Assembly (NCBI GenBank): GCA_043228905.1
Contig: JBHGNT010000009.1
Span: 3,472,001 to 3,536,000, forward strand
From: Azolla caroliniana
Taxonomy: Eukaryota > Plantae > Polypodiophyta
Direction of reading: 5' to 3'
DNA length: 64,000 bases
The position numbers and the translations under genes were made by a program. Positions 10,607 to 21,300 of this stretch are shown here, piece after piece (position 1 is the first letter of the stretch; each line of letters begins with the position of its first letter). Below the pieces are notes generated by a model. It was not told the DNA's origin, made no database searches, and saw nothing but the letters and a program-made list of their open reading frames with translations.

Positions 10607-11219
10607 TGTCCCCATTCAACAAGGCTCCTCATCTTTAAGAAACAGGAGAAGACTTCAATTTTCTTCTACATCAAACACGCCCAAGTGTGCCTATTACCGC
10701 CTATCTAGAAGCAACACCTTCGATTCCTACGCGGAATCCGACCAAGAGACGTGGTACGAGTAGTCCCCAAACTACCTTACGCAATGGGAAGGTTTCGACA
10801 CGTTCATGGATTAAACATAGCACTTTAGTGCACAAAATGGAAAACTAACACTGTTTAGTTAAGGAATTGATACAAGACATAGGTTAAAACCCAACTCTAT
10901 TTGTATTATATAATAGATAATGGATTACCCGTTTACGGCTATATGCCGGATTAACTCAGATCCTCAAGACCGCATCCTAACTCTCTTCCCCCCCCTTCTG
11001 TTTTCGACTGCTCTTCTTATATAGTTTCGCTTTGGCGCGTGCTTCTTGTTTGTTATCGTTTGTCTTTGGCTGCATGTGACTTGGCTTCCTGCTTAATTAC
11101 GTTTTGTTTACCTACTTTTACCTATTTGTGTTACAGTTGTTTTTAGATATTACATATATGGTTTGTTTATAGATATTACATTTTTAGCCCACGGAGAGGT
11201 CGGGCACGCCCGTGGGACA
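10607..11219 (-). repeat. 3' LTR of Athila-like Gypsy F1
   Basis: Inverted termini TGTCCC/GGGACA; shares AACTATATAA, CAGAAGGGG and AGGTA(G)AAAAGTAGGT blocks with the F2 LTRs; follows the extra ORF. Confidence 0.65.
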
Positions 11220-11297
11220 GTGCCTTGGCACGTCGAACTCACAAAAACAAAAAATTTACAGTTGAAAGTAAACGTAAAAGTCAAGTCTAGAGTATAA

Positions 11298-12615
11298 CTA
11301 ATCCTTCGTTAGGATGTGGAGGATGCCCTTTGCTTGCTTCGTTCCGGTCTTGGGGTCGGGCCGTATGTCGCTGCATCCTTCGGCCATGGGCTCGTTGGTT
11401 TGGTCTTTCGGGGAGGTGCTGTTGTCTGGTTTGGCTGGTCCGTCGTCATCGACGGGTGGTGTAACGTCGAGGGCTTGCTCGGATTCGATCCTCAACACCA
11501 TCTGATCGTCGTTGAATTTCTCCAAGAGTAAGGAAATGGCTTTTGTGTGGCCATCGGCTAAGGCATGGAAATCTTCCTCAAGGTCTTCTCAGATCATACT
11601 GATGCTAGTTCCGTCCATTTTGTAGAAGCCTCTGTCTTCTTTCCGACGATTCTCGGTGTTCGCCCGTAAAACCTGTAATTCGGCTGCCTGAGCCGACCAT
11701 TGTTTCCACCTTGTGATGAGCGTTTCGTCGATCTTGCGATTCAATTTCTGGCGTTGCTTCATGACCAGTGTGTTGATACGGTCCACCCTTTTATTGTGCA
11801 GTGCTTGCAGAACCAAGTTGTCCTTTTTAGCTTGATCGAGTTCCAGCCGTAATTGGGGCGTGAGCACTTCATAGGTTGTGTGCAGCGATCAGACCCTAGC
11901 TTTTGTTTCGGCCGTTATCTTGTCAACTTTGTGGCTGAATTCGGCGTGGGCTTCGTCTAAGTCCTTCATGTGCCTTTTGTGCTCATCCTCGCGCTCTAGG
12001 ATGCTGGCCGTTTGATGTTCGTGCAACTCATCATATAGTTGTGAGCGCTTGTTTTCGGCTTGTTCATATTGTTGCAAAAACTGACTTGACTTGGCCTGCA
12101 TTTTGACTAGCTCTTTTGTGACCGTCGCAATCGGCGTTGTTGTAATGTCTTGGACTGAGGTGATCGCGGTAGTGATTTTCTCATCCGCTTCGCGCAATTG
12201 GACGGTTTGGTTCGCGATGGTTTTTCTGAGCACAACTTCTTGTTGTTCGGCATTCTTGTGAGCTTCGTCTAAGCGCTCTTTGGCTTTCTCGGCGATGGCC
12301 TTGTAAGTGGCGACGTCTTCTTCGAGTTTTTGTATCGTCGTGGCATCGTCGGCCTCTGTTTGTGTGCCTATAGATAAGAAACAAGGGTTGGGCAATGTTT
12401 GTGGTGACGTCGCGGCTGTTGCGGGAGGGGCCTCTGACTGTGTTGCTTGTTCTGAAGAAGGGGGCGGTAGAGCGATCGTTGGTGTCACAGTCACCGCACG
12501 GAGTTGCGGTTCTAACTTGACTCGTTGCGTTTCCGTATTCTGCCAGAGCTCTGTGGCTATCTTGGCATGTTGACGAGCTACTTTAATGTTGGCGGCCATA
12601 TCTTTGGTCGCGCGT
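11298..12615 (-). pseudogene. F1 extra 3' ORF, C-terminal coiled-coil part
   Basis: WSAQAAELQVLRANTENRRKEDRGFYKMD matches WSAQAAELHILRADAENRRKEGRGFYKMD at 61191-61535. Confidence 0.8.
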
Positions 12616-12949
12616 TGTCGTGAAGAAAACCGTCCCCAGGCGGAAACCGAGTTTAGCGTGTGTAAACCGGCTCTTACACGCGAGCACGCTTTTCATTGTA
12701 TAGTAAGTAGGTAGGTACAAGTCGGCTGAGGTGAAATCCTAGGTAGCACGCATTCAATAGGAAGAGAATTAATGTAATGTAACAGTGTCGTGTTGTTACG
12801 CGCGTGCGTATGGAAGGGGCGGGACCACAGGGGTCTTGGACTAGGGAGAAGAGGAGAAAGGTTAAGACAACGAATGGAAGATTAGCTCATAGCTCAAGAG
12901 GAGAAGAGAACGAATATGACATTATGATAGAAGAAGAAGAAGAAGAAGA

Positions 12950-12978
12950 AGAAGAAGAAGAAGAAGAAGAAGAAGAAG
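12950..12978 (+). repeat. (GAA)n microsatellite in the E1 LTR (tract spans about 12929-12978)
   Basis: Direct inspection; shorter in the other LTR (about 16980-17005). Confidence 0.9.
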
Positions 12979-14579
12979 ATGGAGTCAGATACTCAACAAG
13001 AAGTTCTATTAAGAAAATATAAACGCTTTACAATGGTGGCCGCCATGGCCGCACCAAACGGCTATAAGAAAACCCTAAAGGAAAACCCAAGAAGAAAACC
13101 CTAACCGAAACCCTAAAACCGAATAGGAAACCCTCGACCTAAGTGGTATGCCTCTCTCCCTCAAAATAGGCAACCCCTCATAAGTGACACCTCCCTTCCT
13201 TTTATAGCCCAAGGAGGGAGGAACCTTATAATGTGGGATAAAATTTCCCCTCTCTTTCTATACACCATATCCTAGTTTACATGTGCACATATGGCACACC
13301 ACGGACTTGCCCTTCCCACCCCGGTTTCCGCCTATGGACGAAAATCTTCACGACATCCACTCCCACCAAACCGCACATCCACCGGTATGTGCCAAGAAAG
13401 GAAAAGGGTGAGAGATTTCGGCGGCGATGATCAACCGGGTCTTTCGCCTTACCGGCACCCAACCATCTTGCCGGTCCCTTGCCGGCGCCGATTCGTCTTG
13501 CCGGCTCCTTACCGGCCCCGACCTGTCAGCTCCATCTGATCCACCACGTCCACCGTGTGTCCCCGAACCGGCGGCTCCATCCGAACTGCCATATCCACCA
13601 CACGCCATTGCCGATCCGGTCACTCTTTCTTTGTCCGCCACGTAGGTCCTCCGATTAGGCCGTGGGTCACCCCGTTTGCTCGCCGGATTCTGCCCCTCGC
13701 ATACCGCTTGTGTTCTATCTCTGGCTCGATCCTCCCTTCGTCTCGAACACCTCGTGCCGATTCCCTCCGTTTCGCGCTCACCTTCCGTAGGCTATTTCCG
13801 TGGGCCCTTGTTGCCTCCCGAACATGCGCTCGTTCTTCGGTCCCTCAACGACCTCATTACACGCTCCTCGCTTCTCCGTTGCGCGCCGTGCTCTCTCGCC
13901 GTAGAGCGTACCGTCATCCCGACCACCATGTCAGTGTCCTTTGCGACTCCCGTTACCGCTTCATCCCGTCTCCCGTCCTCTTGGCCCGCTTGGCCTCGCA
14001 TGCCTTCTGGGACGCCGCGCTTCCGTAGCCCGTTGCTCTCCACGCACCTCCTCCGGTTCTCAAGACATAGCCTTCCATGCTCGCCGATCATCCTCGTGCT
14101 TGTCGTTCGGCCCTTACGCGGCCACATCACACGTGCCGCACTCCGCTCTGCTTTGCGTACCCTTTCGAAAAGGTACGTTGCTTCCCCGACATCCGTGTCA
14201 GTGCTCTCGTCTTCGGTGTCCTCCGCAACCTCCGATGTTGCCGCTTCGCCCCAAGGTACACCCTCTTGGTCTGCCTCGCATGTCCTCCGGATCTCTCCGG
14301 TCGCACTCCGGTTTCCGCACTTTGCGTGCCGCTCCTTTGGTTTTATCGTCTTCGCATGTCGAACACCTCGGTGTGTCGACTCTTCCCGCTCCGTGCTTGC
14401 CTTCCGTAGGCTCTTCCCATGCGTCGATGTTGTCCCCCGAATATGCGCTCATTCTTTGGCCCTTAGGCGGCCCCATTCCGCATTCCTTGCCTCTCCTTTG
14501 CCCGTCGTGCTCTCTCGCCGTAGAGCGTACCGTCATCCCGGCCTCCGTGTCGGTGTCCCTCGAGGCTCTCATTATCGCC

Positions 14580-16799
14580 TCACCTCGATTTGCGCCCTCT
14601 TGGCCCGCCCGGCCCGCTCGGCCGCACACATCCTTTGGGATGCCCCGTTTTCTCCTCACGGTACGTGACCCTCCGTTTTCCCAGACACAATCCTTCGTTC
14701 ATGCCGATCCCGCTCGTCTCGTTCCGTCGATCTTGGCGTCTTGTCGCACCGTCCGTCGTCCCGCGCTTGCCTCTCGAAGGTTTCCTCCGACCGTCATCGT
14801 CGGTCACTCTTTGCGGCTCCTTCGAATGCACGCTTGCTTCTTGGCCCTTCGATGGCCGTAGTGCATGCTTCGTTTTACGCGCCTCATCCACCGTAGACCC
14901 GACCTCCATGTCGGTCTCTTCGTCCTTTGTTGTCGTAGCCCATTCCGACTCAGGCTTGCCGTCTTGGCCCCGCTCGTCCATTATTTCATACCGGATATCT
15001 ACACCAGTCTCCAACTCCACATCGGCCTCTAACTCCTCGCCACCACCCGCCATCTCTTCGGTCTTATGTTGATCCGCAACCGCCGAAGTCTCTAGAATGG
15101 GTGTGGAAGGTCCCTCTCGCTCTTGGTCTTCCACCAAGCCGTGATCACCGTGCCAGCTAGGCCTCCTCAATACGCTTACTGGCTCTTGTCGCGCGTTGTG
15201 ACCCGTTCTCCCCGATCTCCAATCATGCCGACTTAGCCTTCGCCCGGATCGGTCTCGGCCGATCAAGTTTCGGTTTGGTCGGCTCCCTTTCGTAATCGTA
15301 ACCGGCCGGTACATGTTTGTCCGCACAAATCCGGCCTTGCCGACTCTTCTTCGGTTCGGGCCTGGTTGACCGGACCCCGTTCCAATCTTCTTCCGCCTCG
15401 TCTTCCGGTCGTGTCGGATTATCGACCGGTTCATTTTCCAGTCGGGTCGGTTCCCGACTCTCTCCTCCTTGCCGTTCCCGACCTCTCCGTTGGTCCTCTT
15501 GTATATCCCCGTTACGGGCCTCGCATCCTCATCTTTGCACGTGTTCGCTCCGGGCCATGCCTCCTCACGACCACCGTCCTTCTCTCCGGTCTTATGTTGG
15601 CATTCGAGCGCAACCGCCGTAGTCTCCGGCCCCGATGTCGAGGGGTCTCTCCTCCGTCTGCTATGACCTTCCTCGTCGTCGTTTTGATCGTCCGCTTTGC
15701 CGCCGCCACCGCCCGTCGCTCTAGGTCTCACGTGGGCTCTCGGGCCGACCGTCGGAGCCTCTAGGGCCGGTGTGGGCAAGGACCCGGCATCCCCACTCGT
15801 TGTGTCCGTAGCCGCTTCCGTTCAGACGTCGTTGTCCGCGGCTACCCCATCTCCGATTCCGCAAGCCTCGATTACGCTTGCCACCATCTCTCCCATGCCG
15901 TCATCTCGGTTGCCGCCGCCACCGTCCGTCACTCTAGGTCTCACACCGGCTCTCGGGCCGGATGCCGGAGTCTCTAGGACCGGTGTGTGTAAGGTCGCGG
16001 CACCGCCGCTTGTCCCCTCCTCACTCGATGTTTTGGGCCGCCATGTCTTGAATCCGTAGTTATCGGCCTCCATGGCCGTCCCTTCACCGCAAGGCAAGAG
16101 GGTCGCTTGCTCCGCACCCTCTCCTATGTCGCCGTCGTACGCTCTCCCGGCCTCCGTATAGGCCCCGTCTTCTACGTCTAGGGAGGCTTCTTCCTCCACA
16201 TCCTTCGATCCGCTTGGGCCCAACTCCGTAATAAGCCCTACCTCGGCTTCGAACTTCACCTTCACGCTCTCGCAGGCCTCCCATACCAATGCCTCAAAGT
16301 CGTACTCCTTCGGTTGATCGCGCGTCAAGCTCTTTTCCGGCGGTGGTGTGTAGCCGCCCACCGCCCTCTCTTTTCCGTCGCTCGCGGGCCAAGTCGTTGC
16401 CGACCGCTCACCATCATATTGCCGGCACACCCACCGATCGAACTCATGTCGACCTCTTCCTTCCGGTTCTGTGTACCTGTACGCCTCCAATAGGGCTCCC
16501 TCAAAGGACACCCACGACTCATGAGCTTCTCGTAGCTCATTGACCTCCTTGTGCACCGATATGGCCGCCACTCGAGGAAAATACTCTAGCCGCATTGCCT
16601 CGTCTACGCCCCCTTTCGCCATCTCAGCATCGTACGCTTCCAAGAACCTCGGGACATCGTCCCCATTGAATCGGCCGACTCGATCGACCACCCTCTCGAC
16701 GGCTTGTTGAGCCGAATCTCGCCTAGCCTTTTTCCGTCGCGCATCCATCACGATCTTTGCCATCATCTCCTCGAAGTCGAAGTCTTCTTCCATCTCCAT
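14580..16799 (-). pseudogene. gag: Gag N-terminal domain fused to a long low-complexity tail, with one in-frame TGA at 15822-15824
   Basis: VGRFNGDDVPRFLEAYDAEM is homologous to IGWFGGKDAMSYFETYHSEM (37170-37727); ORFs 15822-16799 and 14580-15779 are in the same frame. Confidence 0.7.
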
Positions 16800-17872
16800 G
16801 CTCCCTTGCCGCCCTTCATGTCGGGTTCACCAAAGATGTCGCGTTGTTACGCGCGTGCGTGTGGAAGGGGTGGGACCACGGGGGTCTTGGACTAGGGAGA
16901 AGAGGAGAAAGGTTAAGACAACGAATGGAAGATTAGCTCATAGCTCAAGAGGAGAAGAGAAAGAATATGACATTATGATAGAAGAAGAAGAAGAAGAAGA
17001 AGAAGATGGAGTCAGATACTCAACAAGAAGTTCTATTAAGAAAACATAAACGCTTTACAATGGTGGCCGCCATGGCCGCACCAAACGGCTATAAGAAAAC
17101 CCTAAAGGAAAACCCAAGAAGAAAACCCTAACCGAAACCCTAAAACCGAATAGGAAACCCTCGACCTAAGTGGTATGCCTCTCACCCTCAAAATAGGCAA
17201 CCCCTCATAAGTGACCCCTCCCTTCCTTTTATAGCCCAAGGAGGGAGGGACCTTACAATGTGGGATAAAATTTCCCCTCTCTTTCTATACACCATATCCT
17301 AGTTTACATGTGCACATGTGGCACACCACGGACTTGCCCTTCCCACCCCGGTTTCCGCCTATGGACGAAAATCTTCACGACAACGGATGATAACGGCTTC
17401 CCTCCTTGGGCTATAAAAGAGAGGGAGAGGAATGGAAAAGGTATCGCACGTTAGAGAGGACGAAGTGTTGCCGGATTGGGACCGAGCCCTTCTCCTCTAC
17501 CACTCTCCATAGCCATTTTGCGCAGGTTTTGGGAGGCTGACTCCGCTTTGTGGAACGCCCGTGTGCTTCCGGTAGAGTCTCCATCTCGCTCTTCTGTGTG
17601 GCTGTGAATAGGCGTCGATGTTCGCCTTGCCGGCCTATTAGTTGTAACCGTCTCAATATATATATATATTTATATACATACGTGTTCATATACTCGGACT
17701 CCTAGTCGTCTCGTTTGCTGTGTTGTTGGACTGTGATTCCTGTGTGCTCCTGTGTCTGTGTGTGTGCAAGCGCGTCCGTTGCCTTTCCGTTCTCCTCTTT
17801 CTTAGCTATTTCTCGGTCCAAGACCCCGGTGGTCCCGCCTCGTTCTCCACGCACGCGCGTAACAACGCGACA

Positions 17873-18376
17873 ACGTGTTGCATGGTCGACCTCTCGATAA
17901 GTTTCGACTAACGCCATATTGAGCTCAGGGAGCTCCATACGGGTGCGACGTTTCTTTTTGGCTCTGTTTCAGCCGACTTTTTGGGGTTTCGGCTCGTCTT
18001 CTGAAGCTGGATCATTATCAAGAGCCCTTTGAATTACTTGCTGCTCGACACGTTCTTGCGCCATCCGGGCCAAGAAATCAATAAGTTCATATGCCGTACC
18101 ATGTTGCAACAATGCCCCTAGTTCGAAAGCTTAGGCAGGCAAGTCATGCAGAGTTAAGACGTCGTCTTCCGAGAATTTCGACGTCTGGCCCTTTTCAATG
18201 TGCCCTTGGGCCATCACGATTGTTGTATCTAGTGCTACCACTAGAGCCTTTTTAGCCGCCGAGGGGTCAGGTTCGTTGAGCTGCGTTTTGTGGTATCCCG
18301 CTTAGGGGAGGACGTTTCATCACGACCACATTTCTGTTGTGGTCCTCCGAGGGGTCAGGTTGTTGGTGCGGCGCGC
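17873..18376 (-). pseudogene. F1 extra 3' ORF, middle part
   Basis: MELPELNMALVETYREVDHATR is homologous to MELPYLNTALVKAYRNLHHTTR at 60078-60344. Confidence 0.75.
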
Positions 18377-21300
18377 TGTCGTGAAGAAAACTGGCCATGG
18401 GCGGAATTAGAGAAAAAGGCGCATGAACCGGCTCTTACACGGGTGGACGCGAGAATTGATATTTTGTACATAATTCGTAATTAGGTCGGTTGATGTAAAT
18501 ACTAGGTAGTACACATTTATTAGGCCGATAAATCGATCGTCGGCACTATAGGCCGGTTCGGAGAGAAAGACGCCACAAGTTATTTGGAGGCTTACTGGGC
18601 CGAAATGATCATGAGGGATATCCTGGTGGACAGGCGGCTTTCCGGATTCTCTCGGGTGGTGACGCTGAGCATCCACGCGGAGGTGCTCGAGGTGCTGGCC
18701 GGATGCCAGACTTGGGAGGAGTTCGAGCTGCAGCTCCTCGAGAAGTATGGGTTTGACAACTCGCTTCGGCTGTCGAGGCGGGACTTCATGGCGTGGGTGG
18801 AAAGCCCCGGAAAAGGGAGGAACACGTCGACGCTCCTCCAGGAGTTCGAAAAACGGTTCGCGCGGCTGTCGACGCTAGATCGGACCGTGCTCGAAACGAG
18901 TCGAGTACTAATGTTTGTCAAGTCGGTGGACGCACTCGACATGGAAAAGGTGGGTCCCCTATTGGAAACGGACGAAGGGCTCACAACAGACTGGGCCGTG
19001 GTAAAACGGGTCTGCAGCCGTTTCGACAAACGGCGCGATTGGAGCGATGAAAGCTCGTCGGGGTCAGGGCCGGTCCCGGCGAGGAGGCTCGAGGAGCCGA
19101 TATCGGTGCTAGCCGGTAGGAAGGAAGAGACCCGAATTTGGCTGGTGTCGGGGTCGGCATTGAACGACGTGGTAAGAGGCCCATCCGGAGGAGCGGCTCT
19201 AGAGGAGCTGACACAGATGGTGCGCGACCTGCAAATCGCACAGGCATGGAGAGACAGAGGCGAACAACCTCGCGACCGGAGGTCGCCGGCTGGGCAATGG
19301 AGCATGTGGTGTGACGTGATCGGTCACATTCAGAAGGATTGCGCGGATTTTGCCGACGCGCTTAGGACCAACGTGGTGTACCTCTGGAATGGGCGGGTGC
19401 ACGCGAGCGAGACCCGGAGAGCCCTAGAACTAAATACTGGGCGCGGCGGAATGAAGAGGTTGATGGAAGAGGCCGCGGCGCAGCACGTACAAGCCGTTAA
19501 CTACTTAGTGTCGGTGGGAATTCGGGTTGGGGGTGATGAGACCCGGAAGGTGAAGGACTCCGGATTCTGGCCGCTAGTGCTAGAAGGCCTCTCCGGAGTT
19601 CGGCTGAAGAAGGAAGAGGCAGACCGCGCGGAACAACGGGTCCAGGAGGTCACCGGATGGGACGATCCGGTCGAAGAGAAAACGGGCTTCGTAGAAGCCG
19701 CTTGCCAGAACTACGAGGTTCTGGTGAAAGACAAACGAGCAGGAAAGGCCGGGGGGTCAGTCCCTCGTAGAGGTACAAGACCCGGTTCGGACCGAAACCG
19801 ACTGGTGCCGGCAACCCAGGCGTGGCAGACGGACAGAAGCAGGCGGGGTTTCGGTTGAGCACCGAAATCAAGAGAGAAATGGACCTACGGAAGGTCCTTG
19901 AAGAGTGGATCCTCGACAATAAAGTGGAGCTGTCGTTGCAGGAGGTGTTGGGAATCGCCAAGAGGGAGTTCCACGACTTCATCATAGACTTAGTAAAGCG
20001 GAAGAGGCTCTCGACGGAGCCAGAACTGGAGAAGCCAGTGGAGGTGCGGACTACGCGCTTAGAAGACGCGGCCCTAGAAGACGAGTTGGCGGAAGAGCCA
20101 CTACGCGAAGCCGCATTGGGCCAGGGCAACTACGGAAACCCCTGTGCGGATCGACGACGTTCCGGAACCGGTGGTGGCCTTGGTAGACCATGGATCCGAA
20201 ATCAACCTGATGTCCATGGATTTCTACAAGAGGGGTAAATGGTCGATCAACACCAAGCATGGGTGGAAGATACGCGCAGCGACGCGTGCTACGGAGGAGC
20301 TGCATGGTGCGTGCCCAAATATACGCATAAAGGTCGGTGACATCGAGATAGATCAACATTTCTTTGTGCAGGAAACATCCTCGCACCCGGTGATTCTCGA
20401 CGAACCATACATTACGGCAGCACGCATGGAGATGAAGGTGCTGGACAACGGTTCGGCGTACGCGCGCGTCAAGAGCCAGGACGGTCGGCATTCCGTCCAA
20501 TTCATGACCATACGTCCGAACCATGAGAGGAATCGCGAGACCCTCGACGGCGACAACCGAGGGGACTTTTAGAGAGGGCTATCAAGGCATGGGGCCGCGG
20601 TAGTCCGGACGTACTGGAAGAACCCCACACATGTACAGTAGGTAGGAAGTTATGGTTCTCCGAAAACGGAGGTTGTACTATAACCGACGTCAGTGGCCGG
20701 GAAAGGAAGCAAGCGGAGGAGCGGCTCAGGGGATGCGGAGTCCTCTCCCCCGACGAAGAAATCGGTGGCGCCGTGGAGGCGGTCTCTTTTGTCGACACCT
20801 TGGGCGAGTTGCGAAAGGTGATCGGTGAAGACCTTAGAGAAGACCGGACCATTCCGGTTATTCGATGGGAATGTACGAAGTCATCGCGGACTTCGGGGAA
20901 AGGATCGGGTCGGGTCGGACGGCCCGCATGGATACAAAGTACAAGACTGTGGACCAGAAGGTGAGGCCAGTCGCGGCACCCTTGCCGGAGGGCAGTGAGG
21001 AGCGGATAAAAGGGGTCGCGTCGGACCCAAGTTTATGGAATCCGGCTGGCATAGGGCGCCGGTTCACCGACATAACGCTACGGGAGCTCAAGGTTGGTGG
21101 GGGTGGCTTTCTACTACAGGCGGAGGATGACAAGTTTCGAAGAATGCTCGGAGGGCATGGGAAAGCCTTCACGTTCTCGCCAGAGGAGATCGGGTGTGTG
21201 AACCCGACGATCGTCGAACCGATGGTGATATTCACGGTACCGCATGTACCGTGGAATCTCAAACCGATTCCGATGCCGAGAGCTCACATCCTGAAGTTGA

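Larger units (their letters stand above)
12786..17382 (-). mobile_element. E1: non-autonomous family C element (Gag N-terminal part only, no pol)
   Basis: Highly similar LTRs 12786-13355 and 16837-17382; Trp-type PBS at about 16815-16832; G-rich PPT-like tract at 13356-13374; TSD ACAG/ACGG. Confidence 0.9.
12616..17872 (+). mobile_element. Family C solo LTR (12616-12785 plus 17383-17872), split by element E1
   Basis: Termini TGTCGTGAAG...AACGCGACA; 4-bp TSD GCGT/ACGT; the host ORF rejoins across it (...DHATR|ATKDMAANIK). Confidence 0.85.

Noticed and set aside
11220-11240. F1 sequence next to its LTR contains TTCGAC and AGGCACT, both also present at its target site (guide-like idea)
   Set aside because: Only 6-7 nt matches, in swapped order, and not reproduced in F2; compatible with chance.
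13555-14861. Long antisense ORFs in E1 (330 and 306 aa) and E2 (27335-27975)
   Set aside because: GC-rich, internally duplicated DNA open in several frames at once; no motif and no clear protein similarity between E1 and E2.
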